Virus record (IMG/VR): IMGVR_UViG_3300013121_000009
Location: 54,426-118,425 of that record
Direction: 5' to 3' (one strand)
Source: a virus
Taxonomy: Duplodnaviria; Caudoviricetes
Length of the DNA: 64,000 bases
Every line of letters starts with the position of its first letter. Within the stretch, counting starts at the first letter, position 1. The translations under genes were made by a program, and so were the position numbers. Shown piece after piece: positions 50,631-59,985 of this stretch. The notes under the pieces are model-generated. The model was not told the DNA's origin. It ran no database searches and saw only the letters and a list, made by a program, of their open reading frames with translations.

Positions 50631-51302
50631 TTACTTAATATTAGAGTTTTTATTTGTATTCTCATCTTCTACAAGCCTTTGGTCAAATCCAAAGAGTTCT
50701 TTATTTACTTCTTGAAGAACTGCTGACCTTAAATCAGAAGGTATCTTCCACTCTAAATCCTGCATTCTTACACAGGTATTTGGAGTTTTACAAGAATTTA
50801 AATTTAATATCTCAAGAGGATTCTCAAAATAAGCTTCCATTGTGACAGCTTTTGGTGTGTCTCTAAAAGGAATATAAAGATAATCATTTTTAATAAAGGC
50901 TTTTATACCTTGTGGTTTATACTTAGATTTTGATAGTCTAACTACATCATTAATAGTTATAAAATCAATTCTCTCAGAAGTATCTAAAGTGTATATCCCT
51001 TTAATAACAGAAGATAGATTGCTTTCTGCTATCTTGGGAATTTTTATTTTTGATCTTAAAATTTTACATGCTGGAATTTCCTTACAGCAATCTATAGAAT
51101 TAACCAATTCCATCTCTAAACAATTCAGAACTGTATAGAGAAAATTGTTATTATTAAGATTAAATCTATCATTCTTTTGTTTGATAAAAGTGAGAGTAAT
51201 ATTTTGAATTTTATTCCAAATATATCTATCTGTTAATCTAATATCATCAGAAAAAACTTTATTCTCACTTTTGATTTGAGAAATCGCCTGGCCTATTGTC
51301 AT
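50631..51302 (-). CDS. tail ring protein
   Basis: DDIRLTDRYI, LRSKIKIPK, YFENP; synteny with crAss-like ring genes. Confidence 0.65.
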   Translation of the reverse strand: MTIGQAISQIKSENKVFSDDIRLTDRYIWNKIQNITLTFIKQKNDRFNLNNNNFLYTVLNCLEMELVNSIDCCKEIPACKILRSKIKIPKIAESNLSSVIKGIYTLDTSERIDFITINDVVRLSKSKYKPQGIKAFIKNDYLYIPFRDTPKAVTMEAYFENPLEILNLNSCKTPNTCVRMQDLEWKIPSDLRSAVLQEVNKELFGFDQRLVEDENTNKNSNIK

Positions 51303-51887
51303 TTAAAAGTCGTCAAACATGTTATAATAATCAAAATTTGAATTTCTATTTTTTGGAGCATATATAGACTTATAGTCATCAAATGAAACTCCTTTTTCTT
51401 GCATTCTTTGAATAATAGTTCTATTTGGAAGAAAAAACCATCTTTTAATATCCATAGTAGAACCTACTACTCTTTTATGTCTTGGAACAATTCTAATAAT
51501 AAGAAATTTACCATAAACAGATTTCTTTTTCTTTTGGTGGGCTATTCTTGAAGTCTTTTTTAATCTCATTTGGTCAACTAAGTCTAACTTCAATTTGAAT
51601 TTTCTAAAAACTATTCCATCTGGGTCTTCTATTAATTTCTTTCTAACTTTTTCCATAAAAGTATTGATTACTTTACCAAAAAACTTAACATCTAACGGTT
51701 TTTTGGAATTCTCTCTATACTTCATCCAAAGTCTATATCTCTTAATAAATGAGTTCTTATCCGTATCATATAGTGGAAAATGAGTGTAAGGGTTCCTTAA
51801 TAGGATATGTTTCCCACCCTGAGCTTCCCTATCTTTTTTTGAAATCACTTTAGGTAGCCTAGTCTTCTCATATTTACGAATATTCAT
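51303..51887 (-). CDS. basic IHF/HU-like protein
   Basis: Very basic; helix-helix-DGIVF-strand pattern; position matches the IHF-like gene of crAss-like structural modules. Confidence 0.5.
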   Translation of the reverse strand: MNIRKYEKTRLPKVISKKDREAQGGKHILLRNPYTHFPLYDTDKNSFIKRYRLWMKYRENSKKPLDVKFFGKVINTFMEKVRKKLIEDPDGIVFRKFKLKLDLVDQMRLKKTSRIAHQKKKKSVYGKFLIIRIVPRHKRVVGSTMDIKRWFFLPNRTIIQRMQEKGVSFDDYKSIYAPKNRNSNFDYYNMFDDF

Positions 51888-51892
51888 CTCAC

Positions 51893-51913
51893 TATAATTT
51901 AATAAATTATTTC
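51893..51913 (-). promoter_or_regulatory. putative late promoter, copy 2
   Basis: 21-bp identity with 38133-38153, just downstream of a terminator, 5 nt before ATG. Confidence 0.55.
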
Positions 51914-51927
51914 GATAAATACATAAT

Positions 51928-51964
51928 AAAAGGGAATAACCTTTTAAGTTATTCCCTTCTTTTC
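51928..51964 (-). terminator. intrinsic terminator after metallophosphoesterase
   Basis: 11-bp stem AAGGGAATAAC/GTTATTCCCTT, 7-nt loop, T-rich tail. Confidence 0.8.
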
Positions 51965-51981
51965 AGACTAAAATTGACCAT

Positions 51982-53328
51982 TTATAGTGGTTGTCTAAGG
52001 ATATCGCACAAACCTACTTGTTCATCAACTAAGAATGTAACCATCCTAGCTGTCTTTATGTTGTAGCCTTTTTTATCGTCCCATTTTCCTACAGATTTAG
52101 AAAGTTGCGGAACCCTGAAACAAAGTACACCATTTTGGTCACTTGATAGTTCCGTATGTTTATCTCCTGAAAATACATAATAATGTTCACAGAAACTCCA
52201 GTCTTCTTTTGCCCATACTGGAAATTTACTTGCTAACATTTTTGGACTCATATCATCTCCATGATTAAAACAAAATAGGGAATTGCCGTATCTTAAAATT
52301 TTCGTATTATCAGTAGATGAAGAGAATGTTACATTAGTGTTAAGTCTAAAATATGATTCTAGGAAATTAACAAGGTGCCATCCAGCAATTTCATCATGAT
52401 TTCCTGGAAGAAATACTACTTTAACTTTAGGGCAAATGCTTGCTAAAAGTGTAAGTGTAACTACTTCAAAATCACAAATTTTCTTAAATGCTTCCTGATA
52501 AGAAAGGATATTTTGTTGAGGTGTTCCTTTAGTAGTTAATCCAGTCCATTCTGAATTAAACTCATCAGAACCAACAATATATACAACTTCATCAAGATTA
52601 TTAGCTACTTGAGCTTTTTCAATTACTCTTGCTAAAGCTATAGTAACTTCTCTAAATCTCTGATCAATATCATTATTTCCATTGATATCATATTTATTAA
52701 AATGAATATCCTGGCGTGGTAATATTAGACAGGCATTAGATTTTGTAGAATCATATCTTATTTGATTCATATCAATTTTAGGGAGAGGTGTAATTGTTTT
52801 TAGATAATCATTAAAAGAATCTTTCCAGTTAATATTTACAGTATTCTTCAATGCAGTTAATCCTATAGTCATAGTAAATTGGTCAGTAAATGACTTTTTA
52901 TTATAAACTATTCTAGAAATCTTAAACTTAGATTCATCAATATTAAACTGCTTGATTATCTCTTGTTCCGTAGGAACAGTATCAGTAGTGAACTGAATTT
53001 GAGCTGTTCCTGTATCTTTGTTTTCGAAATAGGAATGTGACATTGCATCATTTACTACTTCTTTTGCTACTTCCTTAGTTCCTACAATTTGTACAAAATT
53101 ATTACTGTGTGTTCCAGTAATTGATTTTTCTTTCCTGAGTATTCTAAATCGTGCTCTTATATATTCTGCATCTAATATAGCCTGAATGCCTGCTTCTTTA
53201 CTAATTCCTTCTGAAACTTCTTTCCATGAGAATTTTTCTTGAGTTTTGCTCGTACCTAATCTCCAGCTTTCTATTTGGGAATAATGCCTTTCTAGGTATG
53301 AGTCAATAATATCTCTTAGTTCTTTCAT
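51982..53328 (-). CDS. calcineurin-like metallophosphoesterase with N-terminal extension
   Basis: DIH, GSD, PGNHD, NHGD, GDKH motifs in order. Confidence 0.85.
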   Translation of the reverse strand: MKELRDIIDSYLERHYSQIESWRLGTSKTQEKFSWKEVSEGISKEAGIQAILDAEYIRARFRILRKEKSITGTHSNNFVQIVGTKEVAKEVVNDAMSHSYFENKDTGTAQIQFTTDTVPTEQEIIKQFNIDESKFKISRIVYNKKSFTDQFTMTIGLTALKNTVNINWKDSFNDYLKTITPLPKIDMNQIRYDSTKSNACLILPRQDIHFNKYDINGNNDIDQRFREVTIALARVIEKAQVANNLDEVVYIVGSDEFNSEWTGLTTKGTPQQNILSYQEAFKKICDFEVVTLTLLASICPKVKVVFLPGNHDEIAGWHLVNFLESYFRLNTNVTFSSSTDNTKILRYGNSLFCFNHGDDMSPKMLASKFPVWAKEDWSFCEHYYVFSGDKHTELSSDQNGVLCFRVPQLSKSVGKWDDKKGYNIKTARMVTFLVDEQVGLCDILRQPL

Positions 53329-53366
53329 AAATAATTTTTAATTAACTAAATGGGACTATTTCCATG

Positions 53367-53392
53367 CAAAGATAATGCACGTATGTTACGTG
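53367..53392 (-). promoter_or_regulatory. Bacteroidota-type promoter -7 element plus palindrome
   Basis: TATCTTTG at 53374-53367; CACGTA-N3-TACGTG at 53378-53392. Confidence 0.55.
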
Positions 53393-53407
53393 GAAGTTAT
53401 TTGTACA

Positions 53408-53851
53408 TTAAGAAAAGTATAACCTTGATTCTGCCTTTCTTCTTGCTGTTAAGCCTGCTAATACTCTTCCACCTGCCTTATTCCATAAAGTAAATTGATG
53501 TGCTATCTCTGGATCTGTAGGGTCAGCATTTACCTTTTTTAGAAGTGTTGATTTCATTAAATTCTTTATTCCTACATTGAAAGCAAATGAAACTAAGGCA
53601 GAGAATTGATTATCATTGATAACAGAATGAATTAAGGGAGCAACTCCCTTAGAAAACTGTGTTACATGAAATAATAGTAATGCATCAGCTTCCTGCTGGG
53701 TTATTTGCTCTCCTTGTTTCACTTTCCTACCATCCTGATAATAAGTTGCTCCATAACCTATTGTCCAAATTCCTACTGAATCCTGGTAGGATTTTAATCT
53801 ACAACCTTCAAAACGCTTTATTAAGTCTATTCCTACTTGAGTTATTTTCAT
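53408..53851 (-). CDS. endolysin, GH24 phage lysozyme
   Basis: FEGCRLKSYQDSVGIWTIGYG (E-x8-D-x5-T), ALVSFAFNVG, GLTARRKAE; start ATG 53851 via ATGA overlap. Confidence 0.95.
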   Translation of the reverse strand: MKITQVGIDLIKRFEGCRLKSYQDSVGIWTIGYGATYYQDGRKVKQGEQITQQEADALLLFHVTQFSKGVAPLIHSVINDNQFSALVSFAFNVGIKNLMKSTLLKKVNADPTDPEIAHQFTLWNKAGGRVLAGLTARRKAESRLYFS

Positions 53852-54459
53852 AATCCTAAAAACGCTAACCATTTATAATTTTTCGAAACTCTTCCTAAGA
53901 TAAAACCTAAAGTAATACACACTAGTATTACTACTATCCAAGCTATAAATGGAGATTTATGCACAGTTTTATTTAAATTCTTTAGAGGAGCCGAGTTTAA
54001 ACTTTTTCTTAATTTAAGATTTTCTTCAGAAATTATTTTGATTTTATTTGCCAGAGTTATACTATCATTTCTTAATTGAGAATTTTCAATATCTTTTTGT
54101 TGTATAGAATTTGTAAGTATAGTCTTTTCATTATTTGAACTCTTAATAACAACTTTTTTTGGTTGTATTTTACCTGATAAATCAGCATAAGTTTTAAGTT
54201 GCTGGTTTAGAGATGCGTTCTCGCTCTTTACCTGTACATAATCCATCCATAATTTATAGTATTCATCTGTCTTATCCACGTAAGCTTTAAGAAGAGTTTT
54301 ATTCTTAGATGCACAATCCTTATCTTGACCTAATTGTAATTCAAGTTTTGTACTTAATTCTTGTTTAATATCTTCAGGTTTTGGAGATTTTACTGGTTTC
54401 TGGGTTACTGTACATCCTATAACTAGTGATATTAGGAATGTTAAGGTTTTTCTTTTCAT
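53848..54459 (-). CDS. putative unimolecular spanin
   Basis: Lipoprotein signal MKRKTLTFLISLVIGC, coiled-coil body, C-terminal TM helix FIAWIVVILVCITLGFIL; next to endolysin. Confidence 0.7.
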   Translation of the reverse strand: MKRKTLTFLISLVIGCTVTQKPVKSPKPEDIKQELSTKLELQLGQDKDCASKNKTLLKAYVDKTDEYYKLWMDYVQVKSENASLNQQLKTYADLSGKIQPKKVVIKSSNNEKTILTNSIQQKDIENSQLRNDSITLANKIKIISEENLKLRKSLNSAPLKNLNKTVHKSPFIAWIVVILVCITLGFILGRVSKNYKWLAFLGL

Positions 54460-55163
54460 GATATTTTTGATTGTTTCTTAGATAATTTCTCTACTAGACC
54501 TAAAATAGAAATTATGTGCCCATCATGTGGGCTTCTATTTATTATAGCTCTATATTTAATTGGGAATGTTTCTTCTGTTAAAGGATTAGTAATCATATAC
54601 GAACTAGATATTTCTGTCCCACCATCTACTACATTTACCCATTCTTCTTTAGCTCTTTCTCTATCTGATTCTACTATAAAATTAACCCATCCATGTCCTA
54701 GTAATTGCTCTTCAGTTCCTCCAAACAGTTCTGTTAAAGCTTTATTTGCACCCGTACAATTTCCAATATTATCATTTCTAAACATTGCTGATTTTGATAA
54801 TTGAAATTCAGCATCTCTTTCAGAGAGAATATATTTAACATTTGAATGGATTTTAGTTACTAAATCTTTCAATGAACCTCCACCGTTTGGTTTTAATTCT
54901 GAAGATATATCAACTAACTGCTTAGTCATTGATTCAATATGTTCAAAAAGTGTCTGTTGATTTTTCACAATATTACTTAACTCTAAAGCCTTTAATTTCT
55001 TTTCTTCTTCCCTTTTATTAATACCTGGTTCAATTATTTTCTTCCATACTCCCCAATAGGCTAGTGCAGCAGTACAAACTGAGCCACCAAATATTATAAT
55101 TAGTGAATAAATAGTATGACCGAGTACACCGTAGTCAAGAGTTTGTGCATGAATTGTATCCAT
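54456..55163 (-). CDS. membrane-anchored PAS-domain protein in lysis cassette
   Basis: N-terminal TM helix, coiled coil, ELKPNGGGSLKD, then AMFRNDNIGNCTGANKALTELFG..EQLLGHGWVNFIVESDRERAKEEW (PAS consensus). Confidence 0.75.
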   Translation of the reverse strand: MDTIHAQTLDYGVLGHTIYSLIIIFGGSVCTAALAYWGVWKKIIEPGINKREEEKKLKALELSNIVKNQQTLFEHIESMTKQLVDISSELKPNGGGSLKDLVTKIHSNVKYILSERDAEFQLSKSAMFRNDNIGNCTGANKALTELFGGTEEQLLGHGWVNFIVESDRERAKEEWVNVVDGGTEISSSYMITNPLTEETFPIKYRAIINRSPHDGHIISILGLVEKLSKKQSKIS

Positions 55164-55171
55164 AGAGAAAC

Positions 55172-55501
55172 TTAGGGGTTTTCAGGAACATCTATGTTTT
55201 TCTGCGTTCCGTGCTCATCCTCTTCATATGAACTCCAACTTTGTGATGGAGTTGAAGATTTTATTATTTGAACTAAATTTGTTGCAGTTACACCAAAAAT
55301 TCCCAATAGTGTGATATAATATAAATGTAATTCTATTTGTTTAATTATTTCAATATTTGCTAGTTGTACACTTCCAGATGCAATTGATATTAATAGAGTT
55401 GCTACAATAAGATAAAAAGCCTGTAAAGCTATAAATCTCCTGCTAGATACTTTATTACTATCGGATAATAAAAGAGAGAACCATCTGAATATCTTTTTCA
55501 T
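55172..55501 (-). CDS. putative holin
   Basis: Two TM helices after VSSRRFIA; likely start ATG 55501; head of lysis cassette. Confidence 0.65.
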   Translation of the reverse strand: MKKIFRWFSLLLSDSNKVSSRRFIALQAFYLIVATLLISIASGSVQLANIEIIKQIELHLYYITLLGIFGVTATNLVQIIKSSTPSQSWSSYEEDEHGTQKNIDVPENP

Positions 55502-55502
55502 A

Positions 55503-56036
55503 TTAGCAACAATCACAAGATTTTTGAATTATTCTCGCTAATTCAGTATTAGTAACTTTAAAGCATTGATCTTGACTTTCCGTAGTTCCACAATCTCCAC
55601 AGTCAATATATTCCACTAAATAGTAAGGAGTATCCTTATCTAATTCTTGTAATGAGAAACTTATTGCTCCTTGAAGAGTGCCTGCAAATAATTCTGCATC
55701 ATCCGTATCAAATATTTTATAGGATTTTGCACAACCAACTGGAGTTGGACCTGAAGAAGAGAAGAATGTATATGCAGGTAGTCCTAGTACTGTAGTTGCT
55801 CTATGAAGTTTTACAGATGCTTGAGGTACAATACATAAATCAGATGAAGCATTACAAACCTTTTGGTCAATCTTTACCAGTATTTCATCTAATCTATCAC
55901 CATAATCTACTTCAACACAATTTAAACCTTCTCCATAATATTTTACACATCCTGCTGATATAATTTCTTTACAAGCAGTACATGAACCTGATGGAGGGCA
56001 ACTAGATATAGTTATTGTTTTACACTTTTTTGCCAT
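55503..56036 (-). CDS. Cys-rich fibre-associated structural protein
   Basis: Shares C..CVKYxGE..C N-terminal module with the 471- and 406-aa ORFs. Confidence 0.55.
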   Translation of the reverse strand: MAKKCKTITISSCPPSGSCTACKEIISAGCVKYYGEGLNCVEVDYGDRLDEILVKIDQKVCNASSDLCIVPQASVKLHRATTVLGLPAYTFFSSSGPTPVGCAKSYKIFDTDDAELFAGTLQGAISFSLQELDKDTPYYLVEYIDCGDCGTTESQDQCFKVTNTELARIIQKSCDCC

Positions 56037-56193
56037 GATTTATTTTTTGAATTTCCTGTTTCTGAAGATTTTGTACTTCAGCTCCTATCTTTTGAATAAG
56101 ATTAAATGATAATTTTGCTGGTAATTCTGCCAATCCCTTAACAATTAAATCTGCTTCTTGCAGTGAGATTTCTAATATAATTTTCTTTTCCAT
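56020..56193 (-). CDS. small protein, possible fibre chaperone (57 aa, below ORF-track cutoff)
   Basis: MEKKIILEISLQEADLIVKGLAELPAKLSFNLIQKIGAEVQ...KKV; fills the gap directly after the fibre gene. Confidence 0.65.
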   Translation of the reverse strand: MEKKIILEISLQEADLIVKGLAELPAKLSFNLIQKIGAEVQNLQKQEIQKINHGKKV

Positions 56194-56206
56194 ATTTATT
56201 TATTTA

Positions 56207-57622
56207 TTAATGTAAATCTGTCCAACCAGTTGCTGTAGTATATCCTTGATATTTATCATTTCCTGGATTATATCTAATACATCCTACTTCTGCTGTTACA
56301 GCACCAGTACTTTGTGAAATTCTAATCCAGTTACTGTTTATAATTACTAAGTTTGTTTCTTGTGCCCATCCTTTTCCAGCTCCAGTTCCAGTATTCGTAA
56401 ATAAGTAATACTCATCTACGTTAAAGGTTGCTATATGTTTACCAGATGCATCAACTTTGATTTTATCTGTAGTGCCCATACCAGTTGAAGATGAAGTAAT
56501 TGATGTACTTGCAATGTTGAAAACAAGATTGGCTTGTGGTATACCAGCTCCATGAACAACAGCAATATCAGAACCGAATAGCCAAGATGACTGGTTTCCT
56601 GTTCCACCACTTGTATAAGCAAGGTCAGAACCAAACATTGTACCACCAGCTCCTGCTAAACCACCATTTACATTCAAATCAAGTCCCATATAGAAACCTA
56701 AAGCTGTAGTTAAGTTGATGTTAGTACCTATTGCATTTGCTAATACACCATTTAAAGTAATATCTGTTCCAATAAATGTTCCTCCTACTACTGGTCCAGC
56801 AGCAGTTATATTTGAACCTATTCTAATACAACCATCATATGTACTGAAGTCATCAAATACATCTGTACCTATAGATATAGAAGTAAAATTTGAATCATAT
56901 CTAAATCCTCTGCTTTGTGTTGATTCATCTGAATCATTTAGTGATATAATGCCAGTAGAAGAAAGATTTATTCCTTCAGTTTTAGCTATTAATTCAGATA
57001 GTTTTGATGCATTAGTACCTAAAGATAAGAAATATGAACCTGCTCCAAGTAAAGAAGTATTTTCTATAAGTGTTCCACCCAATTTAAATAAATTAACTCC
57101 TGGACTAGGATTAGATTCAGTAATCCCGTTAGAAGAATTATAGTCTATAACTGTAGGAATAGTAACAGTTTCGGCTATCCAATTTCCATCAATATCACTC
57201 CATCTAAGAAATTGACCATCTGTAGGATTAGCATCTACGTTTCCTAAAGAATTCAATTCACATGCAGATAACTCTGAACAACTAAACGTATAAGCTTCTG
57301 GGAATTCTATAGAAGAATTTACCCATTTTGTTCCATCCCAAGATAAAACTTGATTACTAGAAGGAGAAGAAACTACAACATCTGCCAAGTCATTTATACT
57401 ACAAGAGTTTAACTCAGCGCAACTAAATTGATATTGAGACTCATCTAATTCACATAATAATGTAGCCATACTCTCGATAATAGTATTAAGAGTAGCTCCT
57501 TCTGTTATATTAGCACAACTAAAAGTTTCTCCATCATAATTGATACATGATGATAAATAAGTATTTAGACATCCATCATCTTCTGGAATATCTAAGGGAT
57601 CAGGACAGTTGTTACAAGACAT
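56207..57622 (-). CDS. tail/head fibre protein
   Basis: Two FSCxELxxC..DL.DV..P..QxLxW..W repeats, Gly/Thr-rich shaft, GCIRYN..KYQGY...W end motif. Confidence 0.7.
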   Translation of the reverse strand: MSCNNCPDPLDIPEDDGCLNTYLSSCINYDGETFSCANITEGATLNTIIESMATLLCELDESQYQFSCAELNSCSINDLADVVVSSPSSNQVLSWDGTKWVNSSIEFPEAYTFSCSELSACELNSLGNVDANPTDGQFLRWSDIDGNWIAETVTIPTVIDYNSSNGITESNPSPGVNLFKLGGTLIENTSLLGAGSYFLSLGTNASKLSELIAKTEGINLSSTGIISLNDSDESTQSRGFRYDSNFTSISIGTDVFDDFSTYDGCIRIGSNITAAGPVVGGTFIGTDITLNGVLANAIGTNINLTTALGFYMGLDLNVNGGLAGAGGTMFGSDLAYTSGGTGNQSSWLFGSDIAVVHGAGIPQANLVFNIASTSITSSSTGMGTTDKIKVDASGKHIATFNVDEYYLFTNTGTGAGKGWAQETNLVIINSNWIRISQSTGAVTAEVGCIRYNPGNDKYQGYTTATGWTDLH

Positions 57623-57653
57623 TTTTTTATTTTTAAAATATTTAATTACAAAT

Positions 57654-58874
57654 TTACGCTATTTTTTGAACTAATACTAATGTAGTAAAGGCATTACGAA
57701 TGTCTATAACATCATTACTAACTTCTCCTTCCCCATCAATATTATCTGTGGCATCCCCAGTATTTACTTCGTAGTAACATTGAGCATCATCTCCAGTATT
57801 GGAACCAGCCTGTGCGTCTAATTCTGTGACTGTTTTAGCATATTCCCCAGAACTTGTTGGGATATTTGTATTATGTAACCCTTCATAAATTGTTCTACCA
57901 TTTACGTTATGAGTTAAAATCCAATCATAGGTATGTTTATGCGCAGGAAGATTAGAAGCAGTCAAAGTGAGAGAATCAGAACCTCCTGCTTCTGCTGAAG
58001 CATCATAATCAGAATCATTAATATCAAACCCTCTTAAAGTAGCTTGTTTATGATTTTCTGTAGAATTGTTTCCATTACAAATTGCCCACTTAGTCCATTT
58101 CGTATTAGCTTTTCCAGCTCCCCAAGAACTTCCAGTAAGAATAAAATCTACAAGATTTTCTTGAGAAATACCCATTTTGGTTCCTTTAGGTAGACCTAAA
58201 TCCCAGTATTCATTAGATTGTAATATATTTACAATTTCAGTAGTAACTATATCTGAGATATCTTCTTCAGTTATTACTTTATTTACTTTAATAGTAACTT
58301 TAGCAGTACACTCTTTTTCTCCTTTTACTACTTTATATATAAGAGAGTCATTTCCAAAGAAGTCAGTACTAGGAGTATATGTTATTGTGTTATCCACATT
58401 CCTTACTGCTACACCATTAAGTGGTGGGGTAATAATACTTACGACTGCTGTACCTGAAACTTGAACTAGATAGTCATTAAATAATATATCTATATTTAAA
58501 GATGAATTTTGATCTAGCTGAACTATGTCATTACTACAGATAAGAATAGAGAAATCCGAAATTTTAGAATATAGAGAGCAAATATTATCTCTATAATATT
58601 CTAATATTGTCCCTACAGTTATAGAACCAGGAATTTCAATATCTGGATTAGCTTCTATAACACATGCTAAATCAATTGATGATAAATCATAGTCAATAAC
58701 TTCAGTCTGTACTTCACAGTATTTATCTAAAAGTTTCTTTATCAAGTAGTTAAGAAGAGTAACATCTTCACATCCGTTTGATTCTAAACATTCAGGGATT
58801 TCTCCTGTATATTTAATCAAATCTGTACTTGTTATTTCGCATTTTGGAGCAGTTTCTCCAGAGTATTTTGACAT
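57654..58874 (-). CDS. fibre/collar protein with Ig-like (Big_9-type) domain
   Basis: IDILFND..PLNG..ITYTP..DFFGNDSLIY Ig-like; WAICNG and GGSDSLTLTASNLPAHKH collar-type motifs. Confidence 0.7.
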   Translation of the reverse strand: MSKYSGETAPKCEITSTDLIKYTGEIPECLESNGCEDVTLLNYLIKKLLDKYCEVQTEVIDYDLSSIDLACVIEANPDIEIPGSITVGTILEYYRDNICSLYSKISDFSILICSNDIVQLDQNSSLNIDILFNDYLVQVSGTAVVSIITPPLNGVAVRNVDNTITYTPSTDFFGNDSLIYKVVKGEKECTAKVTIKVNKVITEEDISDIVTTEIVNILQSNEYWDLGLPKGTKMGISQENLVDFILTGSSWGAGKANTKWTKWAICNGNNSTENHKQATLRGFDINDSDYDASAEAGGSDSLTLTASNLPAHKHTYDWILTHNVNGRTIYEGLHNTNIPTSSGEYAKTVTELDAQAGSNTGDDAQCYYEVNTGDATDNIDGEGEVSNDVIDIRNAFTTLVLVQKIA

Positions 58875-59194
58875 TATATTAATGATTTAATTTTTTCTAA
58901 AAATCTCTTATCACAATTATTTAAATAAATTTCTTTAGAATAAAAATCATCTAGAGAAGTTTTTCTTATATAGCTTGGAAAAATAGTATTTTTCTCCTGA
59001 AATTTAATAAATTTATATTTTAGTAACTTAATTTTTTCTTTTAGTATTTTTATATAATCATCCAGTATATCTATTTTATCTTCACATTTCTTAAGATTAT
59101 ACTCTTTAGAAACCATTTTCATATATACTTGACTTGCAAATTTACATTCTAGTTTATTCAACATTTCTTCTAAAGTTCTTAAGTTTACTCTCAT
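58874..59194 (-). CDS. hypothetical protein
   Basis: 106-aa ORF coupled to neighbours. Confidence 0.6.
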   Translation of the reverse strand: MRVNLRTLEEMLNKLECKFASQVYMKMVSKEYNLKKCEDKIDILDDYIKILKEKIKLLKYKFIKFQEKNTIFPSYIRKTSLDDFYSKEIYLNNCDKRFLEKIKSLI

Positions 59195-59195
59195 A

Positions 59196-59450
59196 TTAAT
59201 AGTTTTTAATTATTTCTGCATATTTACATGGATACTTATTAAAGACAGCTATCTGCGATCTAACTATAGCTTTCTTATTATTTACATTTGGAGATTTATC
59301 TTCATTTAGTTTTTTCAATAAATTATTAAGAAAATCTAAAGTCATTGTACAATTCTCATTTTTTGATAACTTGTAACATTGTGAGCATTTTCCAGAAATT
59401 AAATTGCATCCACATCCAACATCAGTGTTACATGAAATACATCTAGCCAT
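59196..59450 (-). CDS. small Cys-rich protein
   Basis: Likely start ATG 59450; CISC..GCGC..CSQC. Confidence 0.6.
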   Translation of the reverse strand: MARCISCNTDVGCGCNLISGKCSQCYKLSKNENCTMTLDFLNNLLKKLNEDKSPNVNNKKAIVRSQIAVFNKYPCKYAEIIKNY

Positions 59451-59985
59451 AGCATTTACAATTTTTTTCAAAACTATCTAATAAAGAACATGCATAATCA
59501 TATAATTCTAGTGATTGTTCATATTTACAACAGTCAGCCATATATATTGCGGCATCTATAAATTGTCTTATTTCCCTTAATTTTTCTAAATCACTAGAAT
59601 AATTCTTCTTTGTACATTTTTCAATTTCAAGAGAGCAAAATGCATTATTCCATTTAATTTCAAGTTTAGTAGTCCTAAGAAATCTGTATTCTATGAATAA
59701 TTCATCATTAGGGCATATTGAGTAATTAACAGTCCATAACCCATCAGGAAGATCTGATAATCCATCACTTGTAGTTACATTAGTTATCCCTAAAGTATTA
59801 CTATTAATAATTACATTAAAATGTATCCCTACATTAAAACTTACATACTTATCTGATCCTGGATATTGAATTACCATTAAAGGATTAGAAGGTGTTATAT
59901 CTGGATTATAAAATGATGCATCCTTAAGAATTAGTATCTTAGGGTTCAAAACATCATCTTTATAAATATCTAATTGTGAAATCAT
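59443..59985 (-). CDS. structural protein, probable tail hub/fibre-docking
   Basis: LKDASFY, LPDGLWTVNYSICP; synteny with crAss-like hub genes. Confidence 0.5.
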   Translation of the reverse strand: MISQLDIYKDDVLNPKILILKDASFYNPDITPSNPLMVIQYPGSDKYVSFNVGIHFNVIINSNTLGITNVTTSDGLSDLPDGLWTVNYSICPNDELFIEYRFLRTTKLEIKWNNAFCSLEIEKCTKKNYSSDLEKLREIRQFIDAAIYMADCCKYEQSLELYDYACSLLDSFEKNCKCYG

